Notes: generated by a model not told the origin, from the sequence alone. A stretch of DNA of 64,000 nucleotides from an uncultured delta proteobacterium (GCA_963745835.1 CAVUZH010000003.1:1376001-1440000), one strand, 5' to 3'; shown: positions 9,746-20,212, counted from the first letter of the stretch. Numbers and translations are program-made.

Positions 9746-10777
9746 ATGAAGAAATTCGCGGTAACCTTAGCAATCGTTTTGCTCCTGGTTGCCAGCGCCC
9801 ACGCGCAGGCTCCCTTTTACCAGGGTAAAACCATCACCATCATTGTCGGCACAAAATCCGGCGATGCCTACGATCTTTACCCTCGCATGCTCGCTGAATT
9901 CATGCCCAAGTATATTCCGGGGAATCCGAATATCATTATTCAAAACGTCCCAGGCGCCGCCTCGATGATCGCTGCCAATCAAGTTTATAACGTCGCAAAG
10001 CCCGACGGCTTGACTATCGGCGCCATCTATCCGGCGCTTTATTTCGAGCAGCTCACTAAAAAACCCGAGGTCAAATTCGACTGGACCAAGTTTGGCTGGG
10101 TTGGCAATCCGGTCACCTCAAACCATCTCCTATACATGCGAGCCGATGCTCCGTACAAATCAATGGATGACATTCGCACCGCGTCCTCCGCGCCTAAATG
10201 CGGCTCCAACGGTATCACCTCGACCGGTTATTATTTGCCAAAATTGATGGAAGAAACCCTCGGCACGAAATTCGACATCGTATTGGGTTATCAGTCCGGA
10301 CAAGATGTTGATTTGGCCGTGGAGCGGGGCGAAGTCGTTTGCCGCGCTTTCACGATCACCGCATTCTTTGCTCGCGAGCCCTTCATTTCTTGGCGCAAAC
10401 GAGGCTTCGTCAATGTGCTGATGCAGAGCGGCGCCAAGCGCGACGCTCGCCTCAAAGATGCGACGACGATTTATGAGCTCATGGACAAGTACAAAACCAA
10501 CGAAGCCGGCAGAAGTCTGGCTAAAGTAGTTTTATCGGCCGGTGAGTTCGGGCGCCCTCTGGTTACCCCTCCGGGTGTTCCGGCAGATCGATTGAAGATC
10601 CTGCGCGATGCCTTCGACAAGTCTGTGAGCGACCCCGCCTTGCTGGCTGCCGCGGAGAAGCGAAGGCTTGAAATGGATCCCGCCAGTGGCGCCGAGTTGG
10701 AAACGTTGGCTAAAGAAGTCATGTCGGCAAGTCCAGAGATCGTGGAGCGGATGCAAAAATTGTTAAGCGGTAAATGA
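9746..10777 (+). CDS. Bug/TctC family substrate-binding protein
   Basis: QNVPGAAS, AKPDGLT motifs; AAGGAGG RBS. Confidence 0.9.
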   Translation: MKKFAVTLAIVLLLVASAHAQAPFYQGKTITIIVGTKSGDAYDLYPRMLAEFMPKYIPGNPNIIIQNVPGAASMIAANQVYNVAKPDGLTIGAIYPALYFEQLTKKPEVKFDWTKFGWVGNPVTSNHLLYMRADAPYKSMDDIRTASSAPKCGSNGITSTGYYLPKLMEETLGTKFDIVLGYQSGQDVDLAVERGEVVCRAFTITAFFAREPFISWRKRGFVNVLMQSGAKRDARLKDATTIYELMDKYKTNEAGRSLAKVVLSAGEFGRPLVTPPGVPADRLKILRDAFDKSVSDPALLAAAEKRRLEMDPASGAELETLAKEVMSASPEIVERMQKLLSGK

Positions 10778-10791
10778 TGTCACAATAATAC

Positions 10792-10834
10792 CCGGGGCAT
10801 CTCTAACTTGTTGCTCAGCCGCGAGATGCCCCGG
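10792..10834. repeat. Intergenic inverted repeat (12-bp stem)
   Basis: CCGGGGCATCTC-N19-GAGATGCCCCGG between two tctC-like genes; no U-tract, so possibly an mRNA-stabilising hairpin. Confidence 0.6.
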
Positions 10835-10860
10835 CACACCATTGACGGGAGGGAAATCCA

Positions 10861-11886
10861 ATGATTGTGATTCTCGTCCTAGCTCTCATCATCGGCTGGC
10901 ATTCCGATCTTCTTGCTCAAGCGCCTTTTTACCAGGGTAAAACCATCAGCATTGCCGTCGGCACTAAAGCCGGCGATGTTTACGACTTATATCCCCGACT
11001 TCTTGCCGAGTTCTGGACTAAACACATCCCCGGCAATCCCAACATCATCGTCCAGAACGTGCCGGGAGCGGCCTCGCTCATTGCTGCCAATCAGGTATAT
11101 AACGTAGCCAAACCGGACGGGCTGACCTTGGCGGCGATCTATCCGGCGCTCTATTTCGATCAGCTGATCAAGAAACCGGAAGTGAAGTACGACTGGGCGA
11201 AATGGAATTGGCTCGGCAGTCCGGTAAAGTCCAATCACCTTCTCTATATGCGCGCCGATACGCCGTATAAGACCGTGGATGACGTGCGCAAGGCATCGAC
11301 AGCGCCGAAGTGCGGCGCCACCGGCGTCGCTTCGACCGGTTACTACATGCCCAAGCTCATGGAAGAAGTCCTCGGTTCCAAGTTCGACATCGTCTCGGGT
11401 TATGTATCGGGGCAGGATATCGATCTCGCGGTAGAACGCGGCGAACTGCAATGCCGGGCATTCACAATTACGGCCTACTTCGCCCGCGAACCGTTCATCT
11501 CGTGGCGTAAGAAAAACTTCACTAACGTGTTGATACAAACCGGGAGCCGGCGCGATTCCCGGATCAAGGATTCGCCGACGATTTATGAATTGATGGACAG
11601 GTACAAAACTAGCGACGCGGGGCGTGCGTTAGCCAAGGTAATCCTCGCTTCGGGTGACCTGGGCCGTCCGCTTGTAGCTCCTCCCGGCGTTCCAGCGGAC
11701 AGGATAAAGATTTTGCGCGCCTCATTTGAGAAAACGATTCAGGATCCGGCACTCCTGGCGGAGGCAGAAAGACGAAGATTAGAGATCGATCCGACACCTG
11801 GAGATGAAATGGAAGCTTTGGCGAAGGATGTGATGGCGACTCCGCCCGATGTCGTTGCAAGCATGCGCAAACTCCTCGGCAGCTGA
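10861..11886 (+). CDS. Bug/TctC family substrate-binding protein
   Basis: Close paralogue of 9746..10777. Confidence 0.9.
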   Translation: MIVILVLALIIGWHSDLLAQAPFYQGKTISIAVGTKAGDVYDLYPRLLAEFWTKHIPGNPNIIVQNVPGAASLIAANQVYNVAKPDGLTLAAIYPALYFDQLIKKPEVKYDWAKWNWLGSPVKSNHLLYMRADTPYKTVDDVRKASTAPKCGATGVASTGYYMPKLMEEVLGSKFDIVSGYVSGQDIDLAVERGELQCRAFTITAYFAREPFISWRKKNFTNVLIQTGSRRDSRIKDSPTIYELMDRYKTSDAGRALAKVILASGDLGRPLVAPPGVPADRIKILRASFEKTIQDPALLAEAERRRLEIDPTPGDEMEALAKDVMATPPDVVASMRKLLGS

Positions 11887-11980
11887 CGCGGCGACGTTGA
11901 ATCATAGTAAGGCATCTCGGGCGATTGACACCGCTTGCAGCTTCCATGCTTCGGCCGCCCAGCCAAAACAAAGGACGACA

Positions 11981-13012
11981 ATGATGCTTCGACGGGTTTT
12001 CCCATTTCTATTCGTCCTTTTCTGGAATTATGATCTGCCGGCCCAGACGCCTTACTATCAGGGTAAGACCATAAGGCTCGTGGCGGGGACGCCGGCCGGA
12101 AGTGTTTATGACAGCTATGCGCGCCTAATGGCGCAGTTTCTACCGAGATATATCGCAGGCACGCCCAACATCATCGTCCAAAATATGCCCGGCGTGGCTT
12201 CGATGGTTGCGGCGAATTACATCTACAGCATCGCCAAACCTGATGGTCTGACAATCGGCGCAATTCAGCCTGCCCTCTACTTCGATCAACTAGTCGGACG
12301 CAAGGAGGTCCAGTTTGACTGGCAGAAGTTTAGTTGGATCGGTAACACAACCGTATCGCACCATCTGCTCTATATCAGGGCGGATGCGCCGTATAAAAAC
12401 ATAGAGGAGATCCGCCAGAGCTCGGTGGCGCCCAAGTGCGGTTCGGAAGGGACAGCCTCGTCGGCTTACTACATACCTAAACTACTGGAAGAGACTCTCG
12501 GGGCAAAATTTAACGTTGTCACGGGTTATAACGCGGGAACCGAAGTTGACCTGGCGGTGGAGCGCGGAGAGGTGCAATGCCGCGCCTTCACCATTGCTGC
12601 TTTCTTTGCCCGGGAGCCTTTCCATACCTGGCGTAAGAACGGGTTTGTTCGCGTGCTTATTCAAACCGGAAAGAAGCGCGATGCAAACTTGCCGGACGTG
12701 CCTAGTCTTCATGAGCTCATGGATCGATATAAAACAACCGATTCGTCGCGCCGTTTAGCCGACGTAATCCTGGCTGCCAATGAGATTGGTCGCCCGATTA
12801 TCGGCACGCCGGGTATCCCAACGGAACGTCTAAAAATTCTCCGCGATGCGTTTAGCAAGGCGGTGAATGATCGAGAGCTTCTGGAGGAAGCGAAAAAGAA
12901 ACGCTTGGAATTGGATCCGGTTTCCGGCGAGGAGTTGCAGACTCTCGCCAGCGAGATCATGGCGCAACCGCCGGAAGTCATCGAACGGATGAAAAAACTG
13001 CTGGGATCGTAA
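11981..13012 (+). CDS. Bug/TctC family substrate-binding protein
   Basis: Family motifs; start moved to ATG 11981 after AAGGA (ORF track start 11849). Confidence 0.9.
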   Translation: MMLRRVFPFLFVLFWNYDLPAQTPYYQGKTIRLVAGTPAGSVYDSYARLMAQFLPRYIAGTPNIIVQNMPGVASMVAANYIYSIAKPDGLTIGAIQPALYFDQLVGRKEVQFDWQKFSWIGNTTVSHHLLYIRADAPYKNIEEIRQSSVAPKCGSEGTASSAYYIPKLLEETLGAKFNVVTGYNAGTEVDLAVERGEVQCRAFTIAAFFAREPFHTWRKNGFVRVLIQTGKKRDANLPDVPSLHELMDRYKTTDSSRRLADVILAANEIGRPIIGTPGIPTERLKILRDAFSKAVNDRELLEEAKKKRLELDPVSGEELQTLASEIMAQPPEVIERMKKLLGS

Positions 13013-13052
13013 ACAACAAACGTTAGGATTTGAACAAAAATAGGGGGAGATC

Positions 13053-14081
13053 ATGAGGAGAATCGTTGCCTTTCTTCTTTTATCGGTTACATGGGCTGCC
13101 GCCGCCAGCGCCCAAACGCCCTTTTATCAGGGCAAAACAATCACAATCATAGTTTCGACCAAGGCCGGCGATGTTTACGATCTTTATCCGCGTCTGGTCG
13201 CCGAGTTCATGCCCAAACATATCCCCGGAAGTCCCAACATTATCATTCAAAACGTTCCCGGCGCCGCTGGCCTGATTGGCACCAATCAGATCTACAACGT
13301 CGCGAAGCCGGACGGATTGACCTTCGGCGCAACCTATCCGGCGCTTTATTTCGAGCAATTGGTCAAGCGTCCGGAGGTCAAGTTCGACTGGACGAAGTTT
13401 ATCTGGATTGGCAGCACAATTAATTCGAACAGTCTCATGTACATGCGCGCAGACACGCCGTACAAAACCATCGAAGATGTCCGCACCGCGTCGACCCCGC
13501 CGAAATGCGGTGCTACCGGCGTGACATCGTCCGCATATTACATGCCGAAACTCCTGGAGGAGGCGTTCGGAACAAAGTTTGATGTGGTCTCGGGTTATGT
13601 GGCTGGCCAGGATATTGACCTAGCGGTGGAGCGCGGCGAAGTACAGTGCCGCGCATTTACCATCAATGCCTTCTTTGCGCGCGAGCCGTTTATCACTTGG
13701 CGTAAGAAAAACTTCGTGAACGTACTTTATCAGACTGGAAGCAAGCAGGACGAAAGACTCAAGAACGTGCCATTGTTCAATGACTTAATGGATAAGTACA
13801 AGACGTCGCAAGAAACTAGACAGCTGGCGAAAGTGGTTCTAGCCTCCGACGAGTTCGGCCGACCACTGGTCTTCCCTCCGGGGGTTCCCGCAGACCGTGT
13901 CAAAATCATTCGCGATGCATTTAACAAAACCATCAACGATCCGGCGCTTCTAACCGAAGCAAAACGACGCCAACTCGACATCGATCCCGCGACCGGCGAG
14001 CAGTTGGACTCTCTCGCCAAGGAAGTGATGACAGCGACACCTGAAATAATCGAAAAGGTTAAGAAGCTGATCGGTAAGTAA
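13053..14081 (+). CDS. Bug/TctC family substrate-binding protein
   Basis: Family motifs; GGGGGAG RBS. Confidence 0.9.
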   Translation: MRRIVAFLLLSVTWAAAASAQTPFYQGKTITIIVSTKAGDVYDLYPRLVAEFMPKHIPGSPNIIIQNVPGAAGLIGTNQIYNVAKPDGLTFGATYPALYFEQLVKRPEVKFDWTKFIWIGSTINSNSLMYMRADTPYKTIEDVRTASTPPKCGATGVTSSAYYMPKLLEEAFGTKFDVVSGYVAGQDIDLAVERGEVQCRAFTINAFFAREPFITWRKKNFVNVLYQTGSKQDERLKNVPLFNDLMDKYKTSQETRQLAKVVLASDEFGRPLVFPPGVPADRVKIIRDAFNKTINDPALLTEAKRRQLDIDPATGEQLDSLAKEVMTATPEIIEKVKKLIGK

Positions 14082-14198
14082 AAGATGAATGTTCAGCTCG
14101 CAATCCCATGGCGCTTGGCAAGGCTCCCAACAATCAGTCGCACCGACGTAACTGACGATGCAACGGACTTGAGAGTTAATCGACAAAAAACAAGAGCG

Positions 14199-15233
14199 AT
14201 GCTGGCCGCTTCGCTCTTGTCCTTCGCTCTCATACTTGCCGGCTTAGCCTCTACCTCGCAGGCCCAGACTCCCTACTATCAAGGCAAACAAATCAGGCTC
14301 ATCATCGGCTCAAGTCCGGGCGGCGGCTACGACCTATGGCCGCGCATGATGCTGCGTTATCTGACGAAGCATATCCCCGGCAATCCGGAGATCGTGCCGC
14401 AAAACATGCCCGGCGCCGGCGGCGTCGTGGGCGCGAACTATGTCTATGGGATCGCTAAACCGGACGGGCTCACCATCGGCGCTTTCAATCCAGCGCTTTA
14501 CTTCGATCAATTGATCAAGCGCGAGGAAGTAAAATTCGACTGGTCAAAATTTGCATGGATCGGCTCGCCGGAACAGAATGATATTCTGCACTTCATCCGC
14601 ACCGACGCCCCGTATAAGACTATTGATGACCTGCGTAACGCGAAGGAAGCGCCGAAATGCGGCAGTTCCGGTACCGGCACGACCGGCCACTATATTCCTC
14701 GTCTGCTTGAAGAGGTCCTCGGGATCAAAACTCACATCGTTAGCGGCTATCAGGGCGGCGCTGAGATCGATCTCGCCATTGAAAGAAATGAGGTCGTTTG
14801 TTGGTCTCCGGTAGTGGCTACATACTTCGGCAGAGATCCCTACAAGCGTTGGCACAAAAGTGGATTCACGCGGGTCGTCCTTCAGACTGGTGAGAAGCGC
14901 GACCCGCGCTTGAAAGATGTGCCGAGCATTTGGGAGCTCATGGACCAGTATAAGACCCCGGATTCCGGCAAACGGCTGGCCAAGGTGATCTTAACAGCCG
15001 CCACTCTCGGACGACCGATTACTGCTCCGCCGGGAACGCCTGCCGACAGGGTAAAAATTCTCCGTGACGCCTACGCCAAAGCCCTCAGTGATCCTGATCT
15101 GCTCGGCGAAGCTAGCAAAAGAGATTGGGATGTGGAGCCGGTTAGCGGCGAAGATTTGGAGACACGATCGAAAGAAGTCATCGCACAGCCAGCCGAGGTC
15201 GTCGAACGAATGAAATGGGTTCTCGGAAAGTAA
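14199..15233 (+). CDS. Bug/TctC family substrate-binding protein
   Basis: IGSSPGGGYD, QNMPGAGG motifs; start uncertain (ORF track start 14085). Confidence 0.88.
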   Translation: MLAASLLSFALILAGLASTSQAQTPYYQGKQIRLIIGSSPGGGYDLWPRMMLRYLTKHIPGNPEIVPQNMPGAGGVVGANYVYGIAKPDGLTIGAFNPALYFDQLIKREEVKFDWSKFAWIGSPEQNDILHFIRTDAPYKTIDDLRNAKEAPKCGSSGTGTTGHYIPRLLEEVLGIKTHIVSGYQGGAEIDLAIERNEVVCWSPVVATYFGRDPYKRWHKSGFTRVVLQTGEKRDPRLKDVPSIWELMDQYKTPDSGKRLAKVILTAATLGRPITAPPGTPADRVKILRDAYAKALSDPDLLGEASKRDWDVEPVSGEDLETRSKEVIAQPAEVVERMKWVLGK

Positions 15234-15497
15234 TCCGGGCACCGAGCTGATCACTATCATTCATTCCATGAACGATACCCTCTAGAAGTAATACTCGGTA
15301 CTGCACGCGCTTAGATCCCTTAACTCAGCAATCAATTGTAAGACTTGGAAAGGAGGGTACAAAATTGTAGATCTTTGTCGATTGATGTCTACAGCCGAAG
15401 CCTACCTAGAGCCAGGGTTCGCTAGCTCCGGCGATCAACTCCTCTAAAATATTACATTTCCGTACTCGATATCTCTTCTCCTGGTCTGCATCATACC

Positions 15498-15513
15498 CGG
15501 CACAACCGTTGCT
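15498..15513 (+). promoter_or_regulatory. sigma54 (-24/-12) promoter
   Basis: CGGCACAACCGTTGCT = GG-N10-GC with TTGC; dyad TACAAAATTGTA at 15358-15369 upstream. Confidence 0.65.
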
Positions 15514-15571
15514 ATTTGGGCATTCATTACGATTCGCGGAAACCGATCCATAAGGAGTTAGCCACCCAGCG

Positions 15572-15862
15572 ATGCTGACCTATCTTTCCAAACGTAAGTG
15601 CCCGCGCTGCGCTTTCGACTTTGTCGTCGTTCTGCTGGATTGTCACGCCCGAATGCAATGGATCAACGGCTTTTGCGGAAAATGCGATCACAATATCTCA
15701 TGGAAGTTGTTTCGGAGAAGAGATTATGAACCCGGAAATCATTCTGTGGACTCGAGTACTGTTACAAGCGATATGGGACCTGGCCGGCATACGGGTCAAC
15801 GCCCCACCGAGAGACGTACCCAGGCTCCGGTCGTCCGCCCGAGCTTGGATCTGCTCCGCTGA
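15572..15862 (+). CDS. Small putative Zn-ribbon protein
   Basis: CPRC...CGKC; TAAGGAG upstream; 3' part overlaps the next gene. Confidence 0.45.
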   Translation: MLTYLSKRKCPRCAFDFVVVLLDCHARMQWINGFCGKCDHNISWKLFRRRDYEPGNHSVDSSTVTSDMGPGRHTGQRPTERRTQAPVVRPSLDLLR

Positions 15863-16019
15863 TCATTCGCAGGGAAGCTTTATCTGGACCTGTAATTCTC
15901 TTTCCCTTGATCCCGACACCGTCCGGAAGCGCGTGCTGACCAAGAGCAAAGCTGACTTGAAAGCGATCGCCGAAAAAGAATTTCTCGAGAGCCCACTGCA
16001 ATTGATCAACTCGATGTAA
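15726..16019 (+). CDS. Small hypothetical protein (PExxLW...AI...ARAWI...SFxWxC..L.LDP..VR pattern)
   Basis: GGAG RBS before ATG 15726; protein-like helical pattern; hairpin follows at 16043-16082. Confidence 0.6.
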   Translation: MNPEIILWTRVLLQAIWDLAGIRVNAPPRDVPRLRSSARAWICSADHSQGSFIWTCNSLSLDPDTVRKRVLTKSKADLKAIAEKEFLESPLQLINSM

Positions 16020-16042
16020 TGATGGGATCAAATGTCAAGAGA

Positions 16043-16082
16043 GCGACCGTAGCCCGCGCAATCTCAAGCGGGTTGCGGTTGT
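16043..16082 (+). terminator. Hairpin between convergent genes, possible terminator
   Basis: GCGACCGTAGCCCGC-N10-GCGGGTTGCGGTTGT, 15 pairs including G-U; weak U-tract. Confidence 0.4.
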
Positions 16083-16163
16083 CTTAATCGGACGCTGGAA
16101 ACGCTTGGATGAGTCCCTACTGACCGATGGCCCCGCGCTTCAGCTATCCAGGGATAGCGGAAA

Positions 16164-16613
16164 CTAAGTCTTAACTGCTTCGAGCGCGTCCTCAGCCTCT
16201 TCAGGACGTCGCATAGAGTCGATTCCCTCGAAATCGCCGCGCAAAGCTTTCAAAGCATATTTCTCCCGGTTGATCTCATCGCGAGTTCGAACACCCAGCC
16301 GCCGGAATATCGGCACAGGTGGACACCAACCTTGGATTGCATGTTGAAACAAGAATGGTAAAACCACGCTCGGAACAATTAGCCATTTCCTGTTCCGAGT
16401 TATGCCGAGCACAAGTCCGGTGAACGCAGCGGCGGAGGCGTTAGCCTCCAGCAGCCGCTCCATGTCCCACTCATGATCGAGCTCGTTTATACGCCGAGTA
16501 AGCTCACTCTCACTTCGCAGGGAATACTCCCGAACGCGATTGTCGATCTCGCGATCGATTTTGCGGTTTATCTCTTCAGCCGTGTTGGCGCGTACCCTAT
16601 CTGCCTTCGCCAT
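16164..16613 (-). CDS. DUF2892/YgaP-like membrane protein
   Basis: EWDMERLLE...FLFQHAIQGWCPP...RRLGVRT motif; GGAGG RBS. Confidence 0.8.
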   Translation of the reverse strand: MAKADRVRANTAEEINRKIDREIDNRVREYSLRSESELTRRINELDHEWDMERLLEANASAAAFTGLVLGITRNRKWLIVPSVVLPFLFQHAIQGWCPPVPIFRRLGVRTRDEINREKYALKALRGDFEGIDSMRRPEEAEDALEAVKT

Positions 16614-16764
16614 GTCTATTGACCTCCGGTAATCGAGGCCGGAGCGCTCTCGTGTGCTCAGGTCGCATGATCAAAAAGCTTCTTGATCGTTGCCTTACCA
16701 GATCTGGATCTACTCTAACAGTTACGAAGTGGCGAAAAAATCGGCTGGCGGGAGAAGCAGGCGG

Positions 16765-17109
16765 CTAAAGATCTTTGTCGGCGGTAGCCACCTCCTTAAC
16801 CAGAAACATGCATTGCTGGCATCTTACCTCGGAAACTGTGCCGTTGTTGTATTCGGTTTGCTGAAGCTCTTTTGAACCGCATTCGGGGCACTTTGTTCCT
16901 TGTTCAGTCGCTACGTCATATCCAAGTTTTTCGATCTCTACATGCCCTTTCCTCACCGGAAGCATCTCAATCTCATAATAGAGTTGGCACTGCCGACAGA
17001 TAACACGGCACTCGCGAAATAATCTCGGTCTGTACTCCCTCGGCTTCCACTCGGTTTCAACGACGAAATCCTGCGATTGACAGTTGGGACAGGTCATCTT
17101 TATTTCCAT
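16765..17109 (-). CDS. Hypothetical double Zn-ribbon protein
   Basis: Four CxxC motifs (CPNC, CRQC, CPEC, CQQC); AAGGAGG RBS. Confidence 0.7.
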   Translation of the reverse strand: MEIKMTCPNCQSQDFVVETEWKPREYRPRLFRECRVICRQCQLYYEIEMLPVRKGHVEIEKLGYDVATEQGTKCPECGSKELQQTEYNNGTVSEVRCQQCMFLVKEVATADKDL

Positions 17110-17566
17110 AACCCCTCCTTAGCACTGGAAAGTTTGAGCGGACAGTTCCGCATTACTGGCAAGCACGATGCTTACTTTTGATCGGCAGCCTCCGAACAAA
17201 TGGCGAACATCCCACCAAGGTAAGGCGTGCGTGCTCAATACTTCGGGAACAACCGAGCCTTCGCACTATCGAACATGCTTCAAGCCCCGGTGACCTCAGC
17301 TGGTCTCATAGAATCAACTACTTATGAGTCCCTGTCAATAATAAAGCTAATGGCCTACGGGATGATGTCATGGGTTAACGAAACGCCGGAGTGAGAATTT
17401 AATCGGCTGTGCTTCGACAGCGTGCGAGAGCTTCTTTTTCAAAAGAAGAAAACCGCGCGCCGAATTACAACACGCGGCGCGGAATTTTTAGGTTACCGGC
17501 AGGTTGTGACTTGAACTGAATGATCCCTTCTGTCAATCTTTGGTGAACTCTAATTGTGCCGTTTCA

Positions 17567-18889
17567 ATGACTGAAACAGAACTCCCCCGAGATCAACTCC
17601 TGGCTCTTGCTTCTCATCTAAACAGTCGACGCGACAGCATTCTGGAAAAGTGGCGCGCGGCGGTGAAGCAGGATTCAGCGCTTACCAATGCAACCACGCT
17701 CTCGAGCGCGCAATTCTACGATCACATTCCCAGCGTACTTGATTCGTTTGAAAGGAATCTTTGCGCCCGCAGTCAAGCGGCTGCTGTCGACGCAGCAGAA
17801 GTCCAGAAAGAACTGGCCGCTGACCATGGACTTCATCGCTGGCACCACGGCTACAATCAACAGGAAGTGATGCGCGAGTGGAGTCATTTGCATCTCTGTC
17901 TCGTCGCCGTGCTCGAAGAATACGATGCTGCGCACCCCGAGATTGCCCATGAGGTCATGGCGTTTGCGAGGCTCACACTGGCGCAGTTGTGCAGCGACGG
18001 CGTCAACGAAAGCGCCTCGCGTTATGCTCGTTTGCAACAGGTGGAGGCGGCTGGCCGCCTTCGTGACTTGGAACAGGCGCTGGCGCAGCTAAGAAGTTCG
18101 GAGCGCCAAAGAGCCGATGCCTGGCGCGAAGCAGCCCATGACCTGCGTGGTAAGCTGGGAGTTGTTAAAAATGTCACCGAGATTCTGACCAATGACCGTT
18201 TGCCCGAGTCCGACCGAGGCGAAATTCGCACGATGCTACAGCAGGGCGTTGAGTCGTTGCACGCTCTTCTGGAAGATCTGATCGTGTTATCTCGCTTGGA
18301 TGCCGGCCAGGATCGACGCAACATCACCGGTTTCGACGCCGGGGCTATGCTGCGGGATTTGTGCGTTGCGATGAAACCCGCCGCCACGGAGCGCAATCTG
18401 TTTCTTGAATCCCTGGGTCCGGAACCGTTTATGGTCGAAGGAGATTCGGTCAAAATTCTGCGTATCACTCAAAACTTGCTGCTAAACGCCATCAAGTATA
18501 CCGAACAAGGAGGCGTGAAGGTCGGTTGGTCGGAAGTGGCGCCGCAAACATACGAGCGCTGGATGCTGTATGTACAAGACACCGGTCCGGGCTTTGAAGA
18601 CGGCTCGATCACGCCGCTCGCGCAAGCAATCAAGAAATCCACGGAAGAGGTTCAGGTGGTGGACCAGGAGGCGGAAAAAGCCGGTCAGGATTCAACCTTT
18701 GTCGCCCCCGCGCCCGTGCTTCCTTCGGAGTCAAAGCACCGACCGGACTATCAACCGCCCGGTGAAGGAATCGGCCTATCGATTGTCAAAAAACTCTGCG
18801 AGCTCCTGGACGCCAGCTTGGAATGTGAAACCGAGCGCGGCAAAGGAAGCACCTTTCGGGTTATCCTTCCGCGCCGCTACGAAGCCTAG
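17567..18889 (+). CDS. Cytoplasmic sensor histidine kinase (RsbRD_N-like input, HisKA, HATPase_c)
   Basis: H-box AAHDLR, N-box NLLLNAIKYT, G1 DTGPG, G2 GEGIGL, GKGSTF. Confidence 0.9.
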   Translation: MTETELPRDQLLALASHLNSRRDSILEKWRAAVKQDSALTNATTLSSAQFYDHIPSVLDSFERNLCARSQAAAVDAAEVQKELAADHGLHRWHHGYNQQEVMREWSHLHLCLVAVLEEYDAAHPEIAHEVMAFARLTLAQLCSDGVNESASRYARLQQVEAAGRLRDLEQALAQLRSSERQRADAWREAAHDLRGKLGVVKNVTEILTNDRLPESDRGEIRTMLQQGVESLHALLEDLIVLSRLDAGQDRRNITGFDAGAMLRDLCVAMKPAATERNLFLESLGPEPFMVEGDSVKILRITQNLLLNAIKYTEQGGVKVGWSEVAPQTYERWMLYVQDTGPGFEDGSITPLAQAIKKSTEEVQVVDQEAEKAGQDSTFVAPAPVLPSESKHRPDYQPPGEGIGLSIVKKLCELLDASLECETERGKGSTFRVILPRRYEA

Positions 18890-19150
18890 CGCGCGGAGCT
18901 TGAGAAAGTTCACCAGTCATAGTTCAGCTAGTTTCATAAGCAGAAATAGCTTACTCGCGAGACACCAGTCGTCGGGCTTGCGATTCGAATTTCTTTCGGA
19001 CCTCCGTAGAATCTTTGATTGCCAATTAAACGGGCTTTATCTCGCTCTCTCTTACGTCGGCAATGCGATGTTTGACAGAGATTATTGCATTCATTAGATT
19101 CTGCCCGACAAATATCGATCCAAAACACTCTGCACCGTCAGGGAGGTTTC

Positions 19151-20212
19151 ATGCGCACCAGAATAGAAGGGACATTATCGATTGCCGCAGTTGCGGTTTT
19201 TCTCAGTATCGGCTCGACTGCTGTGAGCCAGACGAAAAAACCGACTACGCTTGCGGAACTAGCAGCCTACACGGGCGCCGACCGTGAACAGCTTTTATTG
19301 GCCGGGGCCAGAGCTGAAGGCAAAGTCGTTTGGTACACGTCATTGGCCGGCGCGTCATTCAAAGAACCCATGAAAGCCTTTGAAGCGAAGTATCCCGGCG
19401 TCAAAGTGGAAGTTTATAGATCTCAGAGCAGCGATCTCGGAAAGAGGATCATGACCGAGAACAAGGCAAAGCGGTTTTATATGGATGCGCTCGAAACCAC
19501 GCTGCCGCTTCAGAAGCTTCTGCATGAAGACAAAATGATGACTCCTTTTACTTCGCCTCACCTCAGCAAGTATCCAGATATAGCAAAACGAAAAGCGGAT
19601 AAGGGGCTGTACTTTTGGGCGGTGGACCGTGAGTCATATTCAGGATTAGCGATCAACAAGACCTCCATCACGGCAGCGAGTGTAAAGAACTACGAAGATC
19701 TCTTGAGGCCCGAGTTCAAGGGCAAATTAGGTTTTGCCATTTCCGAGACCGGACCGAGAGCTATCGGTGCAATGATCACGGCGAAAGGCGAAGAGTTTGT
19801 AAGAAAGCTGAAGTCACAGGAAGTTTCATTGCACGCGGTTTCAGGCCGCGCCGTGGCCGACCTGGTCGCCTCGGGTGAATTGGGTGCATCGCCGACGGTT
19901 TTCCGCAGCCATGCATCGGAGATTGCCGCCAGCGGCGCTCCGGTTACCTGGATTCCAATGGATCTGGTGCCTACTAATGCCGGTGCCGTAAGTCTTCCAA
20001 TCAGCGCGCCGCATCCGCACGCAGCCGTTCTCCTGATAGATTTCATGTTGAGTCCCGAGGTGCAGGCCATCTTCGAGAAGGGTCAACAAGGTAGCCCGGC
20101 TAAGGATTACGGTTTCAAACGGTGGTATCCTGAAGAGGGAATGAATTCCGAGCAATACGATAAGGCGAGCACGCAGTGGGAGAAACTGCTGCGCGAGATC
20201 GGCCGCAACTAA
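19151..20212 (+). CDS. ABC transporter substrate-binding protein (Fe3+/thiamine/polyamine-like class)
   Basis: GARAEGKVVWYTS, FEAKYPGVKV, APHPHAAVLLIDFMLS; GGAGG before ATG 19151. Confidence 0.85.
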   Translation: MRTRIEGTLSIAAVAVFLSIGSTAVSQTKKPTTLAELAAYTGADREQLLLAGARAEGKVVWYTSLAGASFKEPMKAFEAKYPGVKVEVYRSQSSDLGKRIMTENKAKRFYMDALETTLPLQKLLHEDKMMTPFTSPHLSKYPDIAKRKADKGLYFWAVDRESYSGLAINKTSITAASVKNYEDLLRPEFKGKLGFAISETGPRAIGAMITAKGEEFVRKLKSQEVSLHAVSGRAVADLVASGELGASPTVFRSHASEIAASGAPVTWIPMDLVPTNAGAVSLPISAPHPHAAVLLIDFMLSPEVQAIFEKGQQGSPAKDYGFKRWYPEEGMNSEQYDKASTQWEKLLREIGRN

